A stretch of 64,000 nucleotides of DNA from Bacteroidota bacterium (GTDB lineage Bacteria > Bacteroidota > Ignavibacteria > UBA10030 > SZUA-254): positions 141,884 to 205,883 of the forward strand of contig JBIOHP010000004.1 in NCBI GenBank assembly GCA_044449065.1, written 5' to 3'. Each line of letters opens with the position of its first letter. Position 1 is the first letter of the stretch. Of the stretch, positions 40,820 through 50,310 are shown piece after piece. Made by a program: the position numbers and the translations under genes. The notes under the pieces are model-generated. The model saw only the letters and a program-made list of their open reading frames with translations. It had not been told where the DNA came from and did not search any database.

Positions 40820-43258
40820 ATGAATATTATGAAATGTATTCTTATTGTACTCTTTGCAGCAATATCCTGGTTGCCAGTTATGGGCGACAGGGTTTGTGCC
40901 CAGGACGTGACCGCTGACGGCGGGCAGCGCATCCAGGTAAGAATTACAGTACTCGATGCTGATGAGAAGATTCCCATTGAGCTTGCGCATATAGTCCTGA
41001 GACGCATGGGAAAACTTGTAGCGGAAGGCGTAACGAATCCCGCCGGACAACTCATTCTTCATGATGTGCAAGTCGGCTCCTATACGGTTAGTGCTTGGTT
41101 CATTGATTACAAAACGTACGCAAATTCCATCCTGATAGATCCAGCGCACACAATATATTCGATTAATCTTCATCCGCAGAACAGTCAGATGCAGGAAGTT
41201 GAAGTGGTTAGCGGGCGAGAACTCGGCGTATCGAATATTGATACAAAGACCGGCAATCAGAACTTTGAGTCAGAAACGTACCATGTTCCGCCGAGCGCTC
41301 AAATGACGACCTTAATTCAACAAAACATGATGGGAGCGGCTCGGGCTCCAACTGGTGAAGTACACATACGGGGTCAACATGGGGAATTCACCTATTACGT
41401 CGATGGTATTCCCGTCCCTCTTGGCGTCTTTGGGGGACTCAATGAGGTTGTCGATCCTAAAGTAATTGACCGTGCCACGTTTATAACCGGCGGTTTCCCG
41501 GCAGAATACGGCGGACAAATGTCAGCCGTGATCGACCTCAATAATCGTGTTCCAACAGGATCTATCCATCTGGATGCTTCAACGTATGTGGGAAGTTATC
41601 TGGTTTTCAATGGGGCGAAGCTATTTTCCCCTGGGCTTGATGTTGCTTCCGGTCCTTCAAGTTCCGTAGTTGGTGATACCCTCGGTGGACGCCTCGGTCC
41701 TTTCCGGGCGTTGAATTCAAACGGTCAGGCATTGTCGGTTAGCGATCACGTCGGCAAACTTGGCTTTTTCCTCTCAGGATCCCGGCAAGAAACAGACCAT
41801 CGCATAGATACGCCAGTTCCGAACCTCTTCCACGATCATGGATTCGACTATTTCTGGTTCGGCAAGTTTGATTACATTTTGAGCGACGTTGATTACCTTA
41901 CTGCGAATTTAAATTTCGGCAGAACCTATACTCAAGTTCCATATGATCCCAAAGTTCAGGTCGCTTCCGATATTCAAAATACGAACAACGCATTTCAGTC
42001 GATTTCATATTTTCGCGTATTGGGTTCTTCCGGTGATAATGAATCTAATCTGTTTGTTGGCGCGTACACGCGTGAGGGAGGATTAGAGTACGCACCGGGG
42101 GAGATTGATCCGCCAAATTTCCGGTTCGCAGCTGATACGCTGCACAGCTATCGGCTTTTTGAAGATAGAACTTTCACAACGGCCGGCGTCCGTTCTGTTT
42201 ATGACAACAGGATTGCTCATGGCGTCAAATACAAGATCGGATTCAACTATTCGAATACAGAGGGAAGAGAAGATTTCACAACGCGTGATTTATTAAATAA
42301 TGGAGGACCAGAAATTGTAACAGATTTCGTCGGTTCAGATTTCGGCGTATTTGCGCAAACAGAGTGGCAACCGCTTGATTTTACCTCACTGATAGGCGGT
42401 ATTCGCTATGATCAACACATTGCTCCCGATGTCGCGTTACAACGGCAAGTCAGTCCTAGAATTCGATGGAATTTTTTTATCGATGAGAACAGCTCGGTCT
42501 ACCTTTACTTTGGACGACTCTTCATGCCGACAAATACTGAAGCACTGAGATCAATAGCAAGCAACTTCAGTACCGGGGTAACACCAACAGTGCCTGAACG
42601 GGATAATTTTTACGAGGCAGTCTATTCACGCAGCTTCCCCTTCGGAGTCCGAATGAAACTGGCGGCTTTTCACAAAGTTGCTAACCCCTTCACAGACGAC
42701 GCCACTCTGGGATCAAGCGCAATTAAAACACCCTTCAATATTGCAATGGTTAAAACGACGGGCATAGAACTGGCGTTTTCCTATAGTGATCCCGCTACAC
42801 CTTTTTCAGGTCACTTGAACTCGTCCATTATTCATGCTATCGGATCGGGAGCATTGACAGGCGGGTTCCTGGCGCCGAGCGATGATGGACTTGCCACAGA
42901 TTTGGATCATGATCAAAGGGCGTCAATTGTTGCTGATATTAATTATCAACCGCAGAATTGGTTTATGAATATTGAAGCAGATTATGGGTCGGGTCTCTCA
43001 AATGGGTACCCGGGAAACGTTCTCGAATACAAAACAGGATTATTCGATTTTAATCAAGCAGCACATACTACGCCATATTGGATACTGAATTTCAGCGCTG
43101 GTCATACATTTCGCTACGAAGGAGGCGTTTCGTTCGAACCGTCGTTTTATGTTACGAATCTGTTAGACCACGCACATTTAATTAAAGGTGCTTACACCAC
43201 CGGGGCAAGCTGGGAAGAGAGACGGAATGTGGTTTTTAAGCTCTCCTTCCACATTTAA
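40820..43258 (+). CDS. TonB-dependent outer membrane receptor (start 40820 or 40829)
   Basis: Signal peptide, carboxypeptidase-regulatory-like N-domain, plug (HIRGQHG..YYVDGIPV, GGFPAEYGG), beta-barrel with NLLD..YTTGA terminus. Confidence 0.88.
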   Translation: MNIMKCILIVLFAAISWLPVMGDRVCAQDVTADGGQRIQVRITVLDADEKIPIELAHIVLRRMGKLVAEGVTNPAGQLILHDVQVGSYTVSAWFIDYKTYANSILIDPAHTIYSINLHPQNSQMQEVEVVSGRELGVSNIDTKTGNQNFESETYHVPPSAQMTTLIQQNMMGAARAPTGEVHIRGQHGEFTYYVDGIPVPLGVFGGLNEVVDPKVIDRATFITGGFPAEYGGQMSAVIDLNNRVPTGSIHLDASTYVGSYLVFNGAKLFSPGLDVASGPSSSVVGDTLGGRLGPFRALNSNGQALSVSDHVGKLGFFLSGSRQETDHRIDTPVPNLFHDHGFDYFWFGKFDYILSDVDYLTANLNFGRTYTQVPYDPKVQVASDIQNTNNAFQSISYFRVLGSSGDNESNLFVGAYTREGGLEYAPGEIDPPNFRFAADTLHSYRLFEDRTFTTAGVRSVYDNRIAHGVKYKIGFNYSNTEGREDFTTRDLLNNGGPEIVTDFVGSDFGVFAQTEWQPLDFTSLIGGIRYDQHIAPDVALQRQVSPRIRWNFFIDENSSVYLYFGRLFMPTNTEALRSIASNFSTGVTPTVPERDNFYEAVYSRSFPFGVRMKLAAFHKVANPFTDDATLGSSAIKTPFNIAMVKTTGIELAFSYSDPATPFSGHLNSSIIHAIGSGALTGGFLAPSDDGLATDLDHDQRASIVADINYQPQNWFMNIEADYGSGLSNGYPGNVLEYKTGLFDFNQAAHTTPYWILNFSAGHTFRYEGGVSFEPSFYVTNLLDHAHLIKGAYTTGASWEERRNVVFKLSFHI

Positions 43259-43449
43259 CATTTGTTGGCTTGACGATATTCTCTTGTGGACTTTCATATC
43301 TGCAGTACGTCACACGCTGGAGATACCGGTGCTTGTGGTGCAGTAAACTTTCCGTTCGTCGTCCAAAGAACTTCGGAAGTACAGCGTCCGACCCGACTGA
43401 CGGTTTTGACTGGTTACCTGATGGGCATATATACCATTAGCATCTATCT

Positions 43450-43473
43450 CGCCGGTCGGTGACCGGCTACTAC
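43450..43473 (-). repeat. GTAG-footed REP-like hairpin
   Basis: cgccggtcggtgaccggctactac, identical to 47053-47076. Confidence 0.8.
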
Positions 43474-43485
43474 GGTTATAATCAA

Positions 43486-45066
43486 TTAATTAGAAGAATC
43501 CATTTCCTTTCCCTCGCTTAGGGATTTTTCATATTCCTGCTTATAGCGTTTTATCCCGGAGAAAATCGCCTCGGCAATTTTGTCCTGACCCTTCCCGCTC
43601 TTGAGCATTTTTTCATCATGCCGGTTGGAGAGGTATGCCGTTTCCACCAATACATTCGGCATCGAAGCGCCGACAAGAACATAAAATCCCGCCTGCTTCA
43701 CGCCGTTGTTTTGCAGATCGAGTCGTTTGCTCATTTCCTTCTGGCAGATATCGGCAAACTTCTCGCTGTATTTCACATAGGCGCTCTGCGCCATCGTCAG
43801 AAGGATGAAATGTTCTTCCGTGAGCTCCTGGTACCGTTTCTCGTAATCTTTTTCGAGCTTAACGACGGCATTTTCCCGTTCGGCAATGCGCAAGGCGTTC
43901 TCGGTTTTACCCGGTCTGAGAAGATAGATTTCAAATCCGTGCGCGGGATTTGGTTTGTGCGGCATGGAATTGCAATGAATGCTGATAAATAATTTACCCC
44001 CGGCGGCGTTCGCTATTTGCCCGCGTTTGTAGAGTTCAATAAATTCATCGTTCTTTCTTGTGTACACAACTTTAACATCGGAAAGATTTTTTTCAATGAG
44101 TCTGCCAAGTTTTAACGCGATGGGAAGTGTCACATCTTTTTCCCGTACTCTTGTGACGCCGATTGCGCCGGGATCATCGCCCCCATGTCCCGCGTCGATG
44201 ACGATGCAATCCAACTTCCACCTGCTCCGTTCGCGGTCAAGTGTTTCGGTGAGGTTACCCTTTTTCTCCGGCTTAGATGGTTCAGGCGGCGCCGGATGGA
44301 TTGCGAGAAGAAGATCGTTGCTGCCATCGACCGGCACTAACTCGGCACTTGAGATTTTACCGTGAATTTTAAACGTGAATTGCGTCGATGCAGGCGAGGG
44401 AAAAAGAAGTATCTCTCTGATCGCTCCGGAGGGTTTCACCTTCGAGATTGCGTCCTTATCAACACGGGCGTCTTCAACTGTAACGTAGAGCCAGGTATCT
44501 TCGCCTGATTCTTTGGAAAAACTTTCGGAATTTCTAAGCGGTTTCTCCGAGATAAACCGCACAACAGTGCCATTCTCTTTTTCTTCGATGTTCATTCCGG
44601 TAATATCGAACGGCGAATGTTTGTCATGCCCCTCGATTGTGATCTGCCATTTCCCGGGTTCGAATTTTATCTCGTCGCTGACAAGATTATTGAAGAGAGG
44701 AATGAACGATTCCACGGGAACAAAAAATGATTTTGCCGCGAACAACACCGGCACAGGCATCTGGATGATATGGGTTGCGCTATCGGCGTCGACAAGGACG
44801 ATGAACGGATTATTTGCGGATACCTGCAGAGTTAATTTTTTACCCTCGAACGTGAGTTTTTTATATTTCGCATCAAGCGTGGAATGAATCCGGAAGACTT
44901 CCAATAAATCGGTTAACGACGCGTATATCGTGCCGTTTTTTTCGAACGCGCCAATGGTGGTGTTCCGTGAATGATCTGCTGAAAAATTCACATGGATTGT
45001 ATTTTGCCCAGCGCCGATGAAGAGCGCGATCAGCAATACGTAAGCAGATATCCGGAGAATGCGCAT
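43486..45066 (-). CDS. N-acetylmuramoyl-L-alanine amidase (Amidase_3) with N-terminal accessory domains
   Basis: IVIDAGHGGDDPG, FISIHCNS, PNVLVETAYLSN; start at MRILR (45066), 5 bp after the yajQ stop. Confidence 0.93.
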   Translation of the reverse strand: MRILRISAYVLLIALFIGAGQNTIHVNFSADHSRNTTIGAFEKNGTIYASLTDLLEVFRIHSTLDAKYKKLTFEGKKLTLQVSANNPFIVLVDADSATHIIQMPVPVLFAAKSFFVPVESFIPLFNNLVSDEIKFEPGKWQITIEGHDKHSPFDITGMNIEEKENGTVVRFISEKPLRNSESFSKESGEDTWLYVTVEDARVDKDAISKVKPSGAIREILLFPSPASTQFTFKIHGKISSAELVPVDGSNDLLLAIHPAPPEPSKPEKKGNLTETLDRERSRWKLDCIVIDAGHGGDDPGAIGVTRVREKDVTLPIALKLGRLIEKNLSDVKVVYTRKNDEFIELYKRGQIANAAGGKLFISIHCNSMPHKPNPAHGFEIYLLRPGKTENALRIAERENAVVKLEKDYEKRYQELTEEHFILLTMAQSAYVKYSEKFADICQKEMSKRLDLQNNGVKQAGFYVLVGASMPNVLVETAYLSNRHDEKMLKSGKGQDKIAEAIFSGIKRYKQEYEKSLSEGKEMDSSN

Positions 45067-45070
45067 CGAT

Positions 45071-45568
45071 TTACCGGTAATTGACGAATTGCGTTGCGAA
45101 GGCAAGATCGGCGTTTCGCACAAGGTTCATCACGGTCTGGAGATCATCTTTGCTTTTCCCGCTGACGCGCACCTGGTCTTCCATAATCGACGCTTGCACT
45201 CTCAGCTTAGTGTCTTTGATCATTTTCACGATAAGTTTGGCGTTATCTTTCTCGATTCCGTTTTGCAGCTTAATCGCCTGACGCACCGTGCCGCCTGCCG
45301 CCGGTTCAATTTTTCCATAGGAAAGCGCTTTCAGCGGAACGCTCCGCTTGATTAATTTATTCTGGAGGATATCGACGACGGATTTCAATTTAAATTCATC
45401 ATCGGAAATCAGAACGATCTCCAGCTCTTTCTGGTTCAGGTCAATGGAAGTTTTCGAGCCCTTGAAATCGTACCGTTGAATGATTTCCTTGCGCGCCTGG
45501 TTCAGCGCGTTATCGACTTCCTGCATATCGACTTTTGAGACAATATCGAATGAAAATGTGTCAGCCAT
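45071..45568 (-). CDS. yajQ: YajQ-family nucleotide/c-di-GMP-binding protein
   Basis: [43 protein letters not shown]. Confidence 0.96.
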   Translation of the reverse strand: MADTFSFDIVSKVDMQEVDNALNQARKEIIQRYDFKGSKTSIDLNQKELEIVLISDDEFKLKSVVDILQNKLIKRSVPLKALSYGKIEPAAGGTVRQAIKLQNGIEKDNAKLIVKMIKDTKLRVQASIMEDQVRVSGKSKDDLQTVMNLVRNADLAFATQFVNYR

Positions 45569-45576
45569 GATGTTCC

Positions 45577-45723
45577 TTAAAATTTTCCTTTGAATAACGC
45601 TTTGATGAAGATGGTAAGAAGCTTCAACCGGGGAAAGCTTGTCACCGCATCGAACCGTGTGTGAATCTCACGCTGTGTTTCGGGGTCTTTCGATATGATG
45701 ACCACTGCCAACGGGTGTTTCAT
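45577..45723 (-). CDS. Uncalled 48-aa small protein
   Basis: SD GAAGGAGA shortly before ATG; [48 protein letters not shown]; its stop overlaps the yajQ SD. Confidence 0.6.
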   Translation of the reverse strand: MKHPLAVVIISKDPETQREIHTRFDAVTSFPRLKLLTIFIKALFKGKF

Positions 45724-45771
45724 GGTGTCTCCTTCAATTCAATGATGAACGGGTCTGGAATATCGGCGTCT

Positions 45772-46917
45772 TCATTCTGTGACCGATTCGCGGAAAATGA
45801 TATTGCGCGTTTTGAGTTGCGCGATGAACGGTTCCAGCGGCACGCATTCTTCCGGCGGATGCACGCCGCGCGCCGTGATTGTTCCATTGACGATCATTTG
45901 CGCAATGATCGAGGTTGGAAACGAGGTTGTTCGCGCCATGGACGTCATCTTTGATACAGTATCATAATAATCTACCATTTCATACGCAAGTCTCTGCCGC
46001 TTGTTGCCGCGGACGCCCTTCACTTCGATCCTCGTCAAAACAACGTCGGGTTGGCCGGAGGGAAGTTTTTTCATGAGCAGAGTTTCAAAAAATTCACGTG
46101 TCGTCATAAGGGTATTCCCGACCGCAACCGGTTCCGAACCTGCGAAACCGAGGTCAAGCAGCAATTTAAATTTCTCGCAGTGTCCCGGATACCGGATCGT
46201 TTTATAATCGAGCGTTTTCACTTTTCCCTTAAAAATACGCGTAAGGGTGGAAATTCCGCCCGATGTATTGAATGCTTCTAATTTTTCGAATGGCTGGGGG
46301 AAGCTCAATTGCTCAAGATCGATCATCGATTCGACTTTCTGCAACGATCCGTTCCGGATTATCTCCGCAGGTTCAAGATACTCGTTGATGAGCCCTTCTG
46401 GCGAGAACACGAGCTGATAGTTAAGCGGGGGCACAGGATGCTGCGGCAACCCGCCAACGCGGATGTGAATTTCGTCGACTTTTTGAAAATGCCCCGCGGC
46501 TCCGGCTGCGATTGCGCATGCCATGCCCGGAGCCAAGCCGCAATTCGGGATGATGCAGACCCTGGCTGTTTTTGCTTGAGCGTCGAGGGTAAGCTGTTTA
46601 TCAACTACGTCCATGTTTCCACCGAGATCGCAAAAATGAATCCCGCTTTCAATCGCCGCTTTAGCGAGCAAAAAATTGTGGGTGTACGATGTCGCGCCAA
46701 CCGCGACATCGACTTTTTTCATAGCTGCGATCACTTCGTCGTAATACCCGGTATCGAGTTTCATTGCTTCAACTGCGCCGCCGATCGCTTTTGCTTTTTC
46801 GTTCGCTTTCTGCCCATCGATATCCGCGAGGTATATTTTTTGAACGCCAGGTGAGCGGGCAAAATCGTAGGCAAGCGCGCTGCCCATCATCCCCGCTCCA
46901 ATTACTAATGCTTTCAT
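45772..46917 (-). CDS. Saccharopine dehydrogenase / lysine 6-dehydrogenase family
   Basis: GAGMMG, DLGGN, PNCGLAPG, GGLPQHP.PPLNY, GLINEY, YKTIRYPGH. Confidence 0.9.
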   Translation of the reverse strand: MKALVIGAGMMGSALAYDFARSPGVQKIYLADIDGQKANEKAKAIGGAVEAMKLDTGYYDEVIAAMKKVDVAVGATSYTHNFLLAKAAIESGIHFCDLGGNMDVVDKQLTLDAQAKTARVCIIPNCGLAPGMACAIAAGAAGHFQKVDEIHIRVGGLPQHPVPPLNYQLVFSPEGLINEYLEPAEIIRNGSLQKVESMIDLEQLSFPQPFEKLEAFNTSGGISTLTRIFKGKVKTLDYKTIRYPGHCEKFKLLLDLGFAGSEPVAVGNTLMTTREFFETLLMKKLPSGQPDVVLTRIEVKGVRGNKRQRLAYEMVDYYDTVSKMTSMARTTSFPTSIIAQMIVNGTITARGVHPPEECVPLEPFIAQLKTRNIIFRESVTE

Positions 46918-47009
46918 GATTGTTTAAATTTTTTGATAGTTAATTTTCATTGATGATTTATGCTATTCTGATTCTCAAGATCCCGGATTGTTTGAATAAC
47001 TCACTTAGC

Positions 47010-47076
47010 GTAGTAGCCGATCACCAGATCGGCGCGTCAAATATTATTATTTCGCCGGTCGGTGACCGGCTACTAC
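47010..47076. repeat. Inverted REP doublet (REPIN-like)
   Basis: gtagtagccgatcaccagatcggcg (47010-47034) and cgccggtcggtgaccggctactac (47053-47076). Confidence 0.8.
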
Positions 47077-47122
47077 ATTAAAAAATGTTTATATGTTGTG
47101 ATCGTTAATTTGGATAATTGAT

Positions 47123-47761
47123 TTATTTCAAAATCTCCCCCGTTTCCATGCTCCAGAATAACAGGTCGAACTCGTCCATCGGAATCCCCGCCTCGCGTGA
47201 AAAGGATTGAAATTTTTTCTCTATCTGACCGTAAAGTTTGGGAGTAAGTGTTTTAGGAAGAGCGCGCAATACGCCGATCTTCAAAAGATTTTTGAGTATG
47301 TGACGATCAAGTATTGCCAGGTCTTTATACCCGATATTCCTGAGAAAATGTGACGCTTCTTTCCAGCCCATTCCTTTCACGTTCTCCACCAGCCATTTAC
47401 GTATTTCAGTCCCGGCGCCGCCATTTGTTGCTTTTGCGAGAATTATAGGAAAATTCTCTTTCGCATGGAGCAAATGTTTGGCTTTTGTTTTGTGAAACCT
47501 GATATAAAATTCTTTTTGGTGGAGCAGTTCTTCGGGATCGATCGGCGCGTTGATAAAATTACGTGCGCGGAGGAGCGAAACCGCTTTTGCCGCATTGACC
47601 GCGCTCGATTGGGGCGTAAGAAGGCAGTAGCAAAACTCGTAAAAATATTCTTCAGGGGGTACCCGTGCAAACTCATCTAACCGTTGGAGGATAGCGCCGC
47701 GTTTATCCCGATGAAGTGAGATTAACTCATCCAGTGTAGTTTTTTTTGAAGCACTCTTCAT
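47123..47761 (-). CDS. ogg: 8-oxoguanine DNA glycosylase/AP lyase, OGG2 (archaeal/Thermotoga) type
   Basis: CLLTPQS, YIRFH, HhH VKGMGWKEASHFLRNIG, AILDRHIL, conserved C-terminal W.METGEILK. Confidence 0.9.
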   Translation of the reverse strand: MKSASKKTTLDELISLHRDKRGAILQRLDEFARVPPEEYFYEFCYCLLTPQSSAVNAAKAVSLLRARNFINAPIDPEELLHQKEFYIRFHKTKAKHLLHAKENFPIILAKATNGGAGTEIRKWLVENVKGMGWKEASHFLRNIGYKDLAILDRHILKNLLKIGVLRALPKTLTPKLYGQIEKKFQSFSREAGIPMDEFDLLFWSMETGEILK

Positions 47762-48687
47762 TCGAGCGGCAGCATCACTCTCGTTTTCCGCCCTTTTCCT
47801 CTCCTGATCAAAAGACCATCATTTGCCAACCGTGATACGAGGTCGAGCAGCCAGGGAAGTTCCCGCGGATGAAAATCTTTTTTAATTCTTTTACCAAGCC
47901 GCAGCATCCCGATCGATTTTTTACCATTTAAATTTCTTAGCGCCTCCACGATCCTGCCGCGCCAGAACCGGCGCGGAATACCCGCATAAACAGGTTCGCG
48001 AATTGTTTTATTGGGTTTTAGATTTCTGAGCGTTTCTCTCCGTAAAACTTTTTTCGATCCGCATAATTGTTTAACAGAGCACTTGCGGCACAGGGGGTTA
48101 TGCGCTGTGCAGATGGTCGCTCCTAAATCCATGAGCGACTGATTCCATGTGTAAGCATCGGACGTCAATATTTCTTCCGCGATTTTGTGGATTTTTTTAT
48201 CGTCTAAAAGTTCAGCGTGATGTTTCATTTTTCCGTAGATGCGCGAGAGCACCCGCTTGATATTTACATCCACGACGGGCACGCTTTGTTTGAACGCGAA
48301 ACACGCAATCGCATGCGAGGTATACTCGCCGACGCCGGGAAGAGTTTTGAGCACGGCGATATCGTCGGGGATTACTCCATTATATTGCCGGACAATTATC
48401 CGGGCGATTTCACGCAACCGGACAGCGCGGTTGTTATAGCCCATGCCTTTCCATGCCCGAAGGACATCCCCCTTCGGCGCGGAAGCTAACGCATGGATAT
48501 CGGGAAATTTTTGTAAAAATTGAGGGAGCAACACTTTCACGCGGCTCACCTGTGTTTGCTGGAGCATGATTTCTGAGACAAGGATTTCATACGGGTCGGT
48601 TGTCGTGCGCCATTGCAGGTCGCGCTTCCGTCTTTTATACCAATGCAAAATCCGTGTGCGTATATCCCTGGTGAACTGTAAATTCAT
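47758..48687 (-). CDS. mutY: A/G-specific adenine glycosylase, short form without a NUDIX-like C-terminal domain
   Basis: VSEIMLQQT, WKGMGYNNRA, LPGVGEYT, VDVNIKRV, 4Fe-4S motif CTAHNPLCRKCSVKQLC; ATG at 48687 overlaps the mutT stop. Confidence 0.92.
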   Translation of the reverse strand: MNLQFTRDIRTRILHWYKRRKRDLQWRTTTDPYEILVSEIMLQQTQVSRVKVLLPQFLQKFPDIHALASAPKGDVLRAWKGMGYNNRAVRLREIARIIVRQYNGVIPDDIAVLKTLPGVGEYTSHAIACFAFKQSVPVVDVNIKRVLSRIYGKMKHHAELLDDKKIHKIAEEILTSDAYTWNQSLMDLGATICTAHNPLCRKCSVKQLCGSKKVLRRETLRNLKPNKTIREPVYAGIPRRFWRGRIVEALRNLNGKKSIGMLRLGKRIKKDFHPRELPWLLDLVSRLANDGLLIRRGKGRKTRVMLPLE

Positions 48688-49073
48688 TTTTCCTCCATTA
48701 GCATAGAGATAACGTGGCGGTTGCCTTCGAGGATATCGTACGAGACCAGTGATTCGATGGGCGCCCACTCGCATTGTTCAAATACCCGGTTCCTGATATT
48801 GCCAGCGTATGATTCAACTTTATAATAGAATACATCGTAGATGCCGCTGTCGGGATATTCGTACTGCCGGCGATGGTACAGGGGACCGATAGTCGCGGCG
48901 ATACCGAGTTCTTCCTCAAGCTCGCGGCGGAGGCATTCTTCCAGCGGTTCGCCGTTTTCCACCTTGCCGCCCGGAAATTCCCACTTCAATCCGTACCGCA
49001 TTGTTTTTTTCCGCTGGCAAAGGAGCGCTTTGCCGTCCTTCACGATAATACCGACTGCAACTTTAATCATCAC
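48684..49073 (-). CDS. mutT: NUDIX hydrolase, 8-oxo-dGTP diphosphatase
   Basis: WEFPGGKVENGEPLEECLRRELEEELGI; first gene of the operon with mutY and ogg. Confidence 0.85.
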   Translation of the reverse strand: MMIKVAVGIIVKDGKALLCQRKKTMRYGLKWEFPGGKVENGEPLEECLRRELEEELGIAATIGPLYHRRQYEYPDSGIYDVFYYKVESYAGNIRNRVFEQCEWAPIESLVSYDILEGNRHVISMLMEEK

Positions 49074-49180
49074 AATAAGATACGGAAAGACGGAGGGAAA
49101 AACAATGGAGGGAAAATTAACTACCGTTCATTTTATTCAGTTTGAGGTTAAATTATCCTGATATCTAAAAACAAAAATAA

Positions 49181-49966
49181 TTAATGATCCCATGACCTTC
49201 GTTCAATTTCCTCTTCGCGATGTTTGATACAGGATAAACAAAGTCTAATTGAGGCATCTAATCCCTTAGCATTGCCGATGTAGATTTCATCGCTATCACT
49301 AATATAGTAAGTCCCTTTGCAATACTCGCATTCCACAACTTCTTCCTTATGACCACAAACGTAGCAAGTACATTCATCATCTTGGATTACAAAAGCTTCC
49401 CACCCACAAGCATGACATATCCAGACATATTTTTGGTCTATATTGTTTTGTTCCATCAGCAATTGAGCTCGATTGAAAATTTCATTTCCATATTGATTAA
49501 TTGAAATAGCTTCTTCCCATAGATCATTGGGTATGTAATAATGAAGATCCTGTTCGAAGTGATTTTGATGAAAGTCAGAAAGGAACCCTAACAGAATAGC
49601 AAAAACTGGTTTAAATATTTGAACGGAAACATCGATTTCAAAATGGACAATGATATTTCTCCACTCAGAAGCCTTTTCAATCGCATTTAAATCTTCTTTT
49701 TTAAACTCAACCTTCGCAATTTGTTGAAGTCTTGAAACAGTTTGCATTAACGTGGTGGTTTTCTTTGGGTTATCAATTTCTTTATAAATAAGGATTGGAT
49801 GTTCACGACGAAGTCGTTCTTTCAAAATTAACTCAATTGCCTGGACGAGAAATAAGATAGCGAAATGCCACTGTGTCGGATCCTTTTCGGCAAGAATTGC
49901 TTTAGAAAGTGCTTCCTTTGTAAAGCTATGACTGTTATCGAAAAGGTTGAGTTTCAATTGAGACAT
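49181..49966 (-). CDS. HEPN-domain protein with C-terminal double zinc ribbon
   Basis: AIELILKE helix, RNIIVH (Rx4H), four CxxC pairs (CHAC, CYVC, CEYC, CLSC); AT-rich. Confidence 0.7.
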   Translation of the reverse strand: MSQLKLNLFDNSHSFTKEALSKAILAEKDPTQWHFAILFLVQAIELILKERLRREHPILIYKEIDNPKKTTTLMQTVSRLQQIAKVEFKKEDLNAIEKASEWRNIIVHFEIDVSVQIFKPVFAILLGFLSDFHQNHFEQDLHYYIPNDLWEEAISINQYGNEIFNRAQLLMEQNNIDQKYVWICHACGWEAFVIQDDECTCYVCGHKEEVVECEYCKGTYYISDSDEIYIGNAKGLDASIRLCLSCIKHREEEIERRSWDH

Positions 49967-50310
49967 TATTTATTGATCTTATTTATATTATATTGATGAT
50001 GTATAATACTCTGAGTAATTTGTTCAGGTTCTCTTGATGTAACATTAAAACCATCTAAATCATACAAACCAATTTAAGTAAAATAATAAATTCATGAGTT
50101 AGTTCAAATTAGAAGACAATTCGAGGAGTTTGATTCATCCAGCCACTATCGGGTTTATTCAATAAAAATACGTGCCCTTAGAGGTTCGAATTATATTATC
50201 AGTGATGGATAGTCCATAACACTAAGCAAAAACTGTATAGCTTTTTTGATCCCTTCTCAGTACATTAACACACTGAAAATTCTTTAAAGATCGAGATTTA
50301 TGGAGATAAA

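Noticed and set aside
40674-40823. 49-aa ORF whose stop overlaps the TBDR start
   Set aside because: No SD and no recognisable features; probably chance
40610-41173. 187-aa minus-strand ORF
   Set aside because: Overlaps the TBDR 5' end antisense; no SD or family signature
47758-48774. Longer mutY start (48774) and longer starts for the amidase (45123), the trans-sulfuration enzyme (28926) and fic (58950)
   Set aside because: The extensions overlap upstream genes or lack SD/homology features; internal ATGs give better coupling
49095-49118. ggagggaaaa direct repeat as an island att site
   Set aside because: The two copies are only 14 bp apart and there is no matching copy at the thyX side
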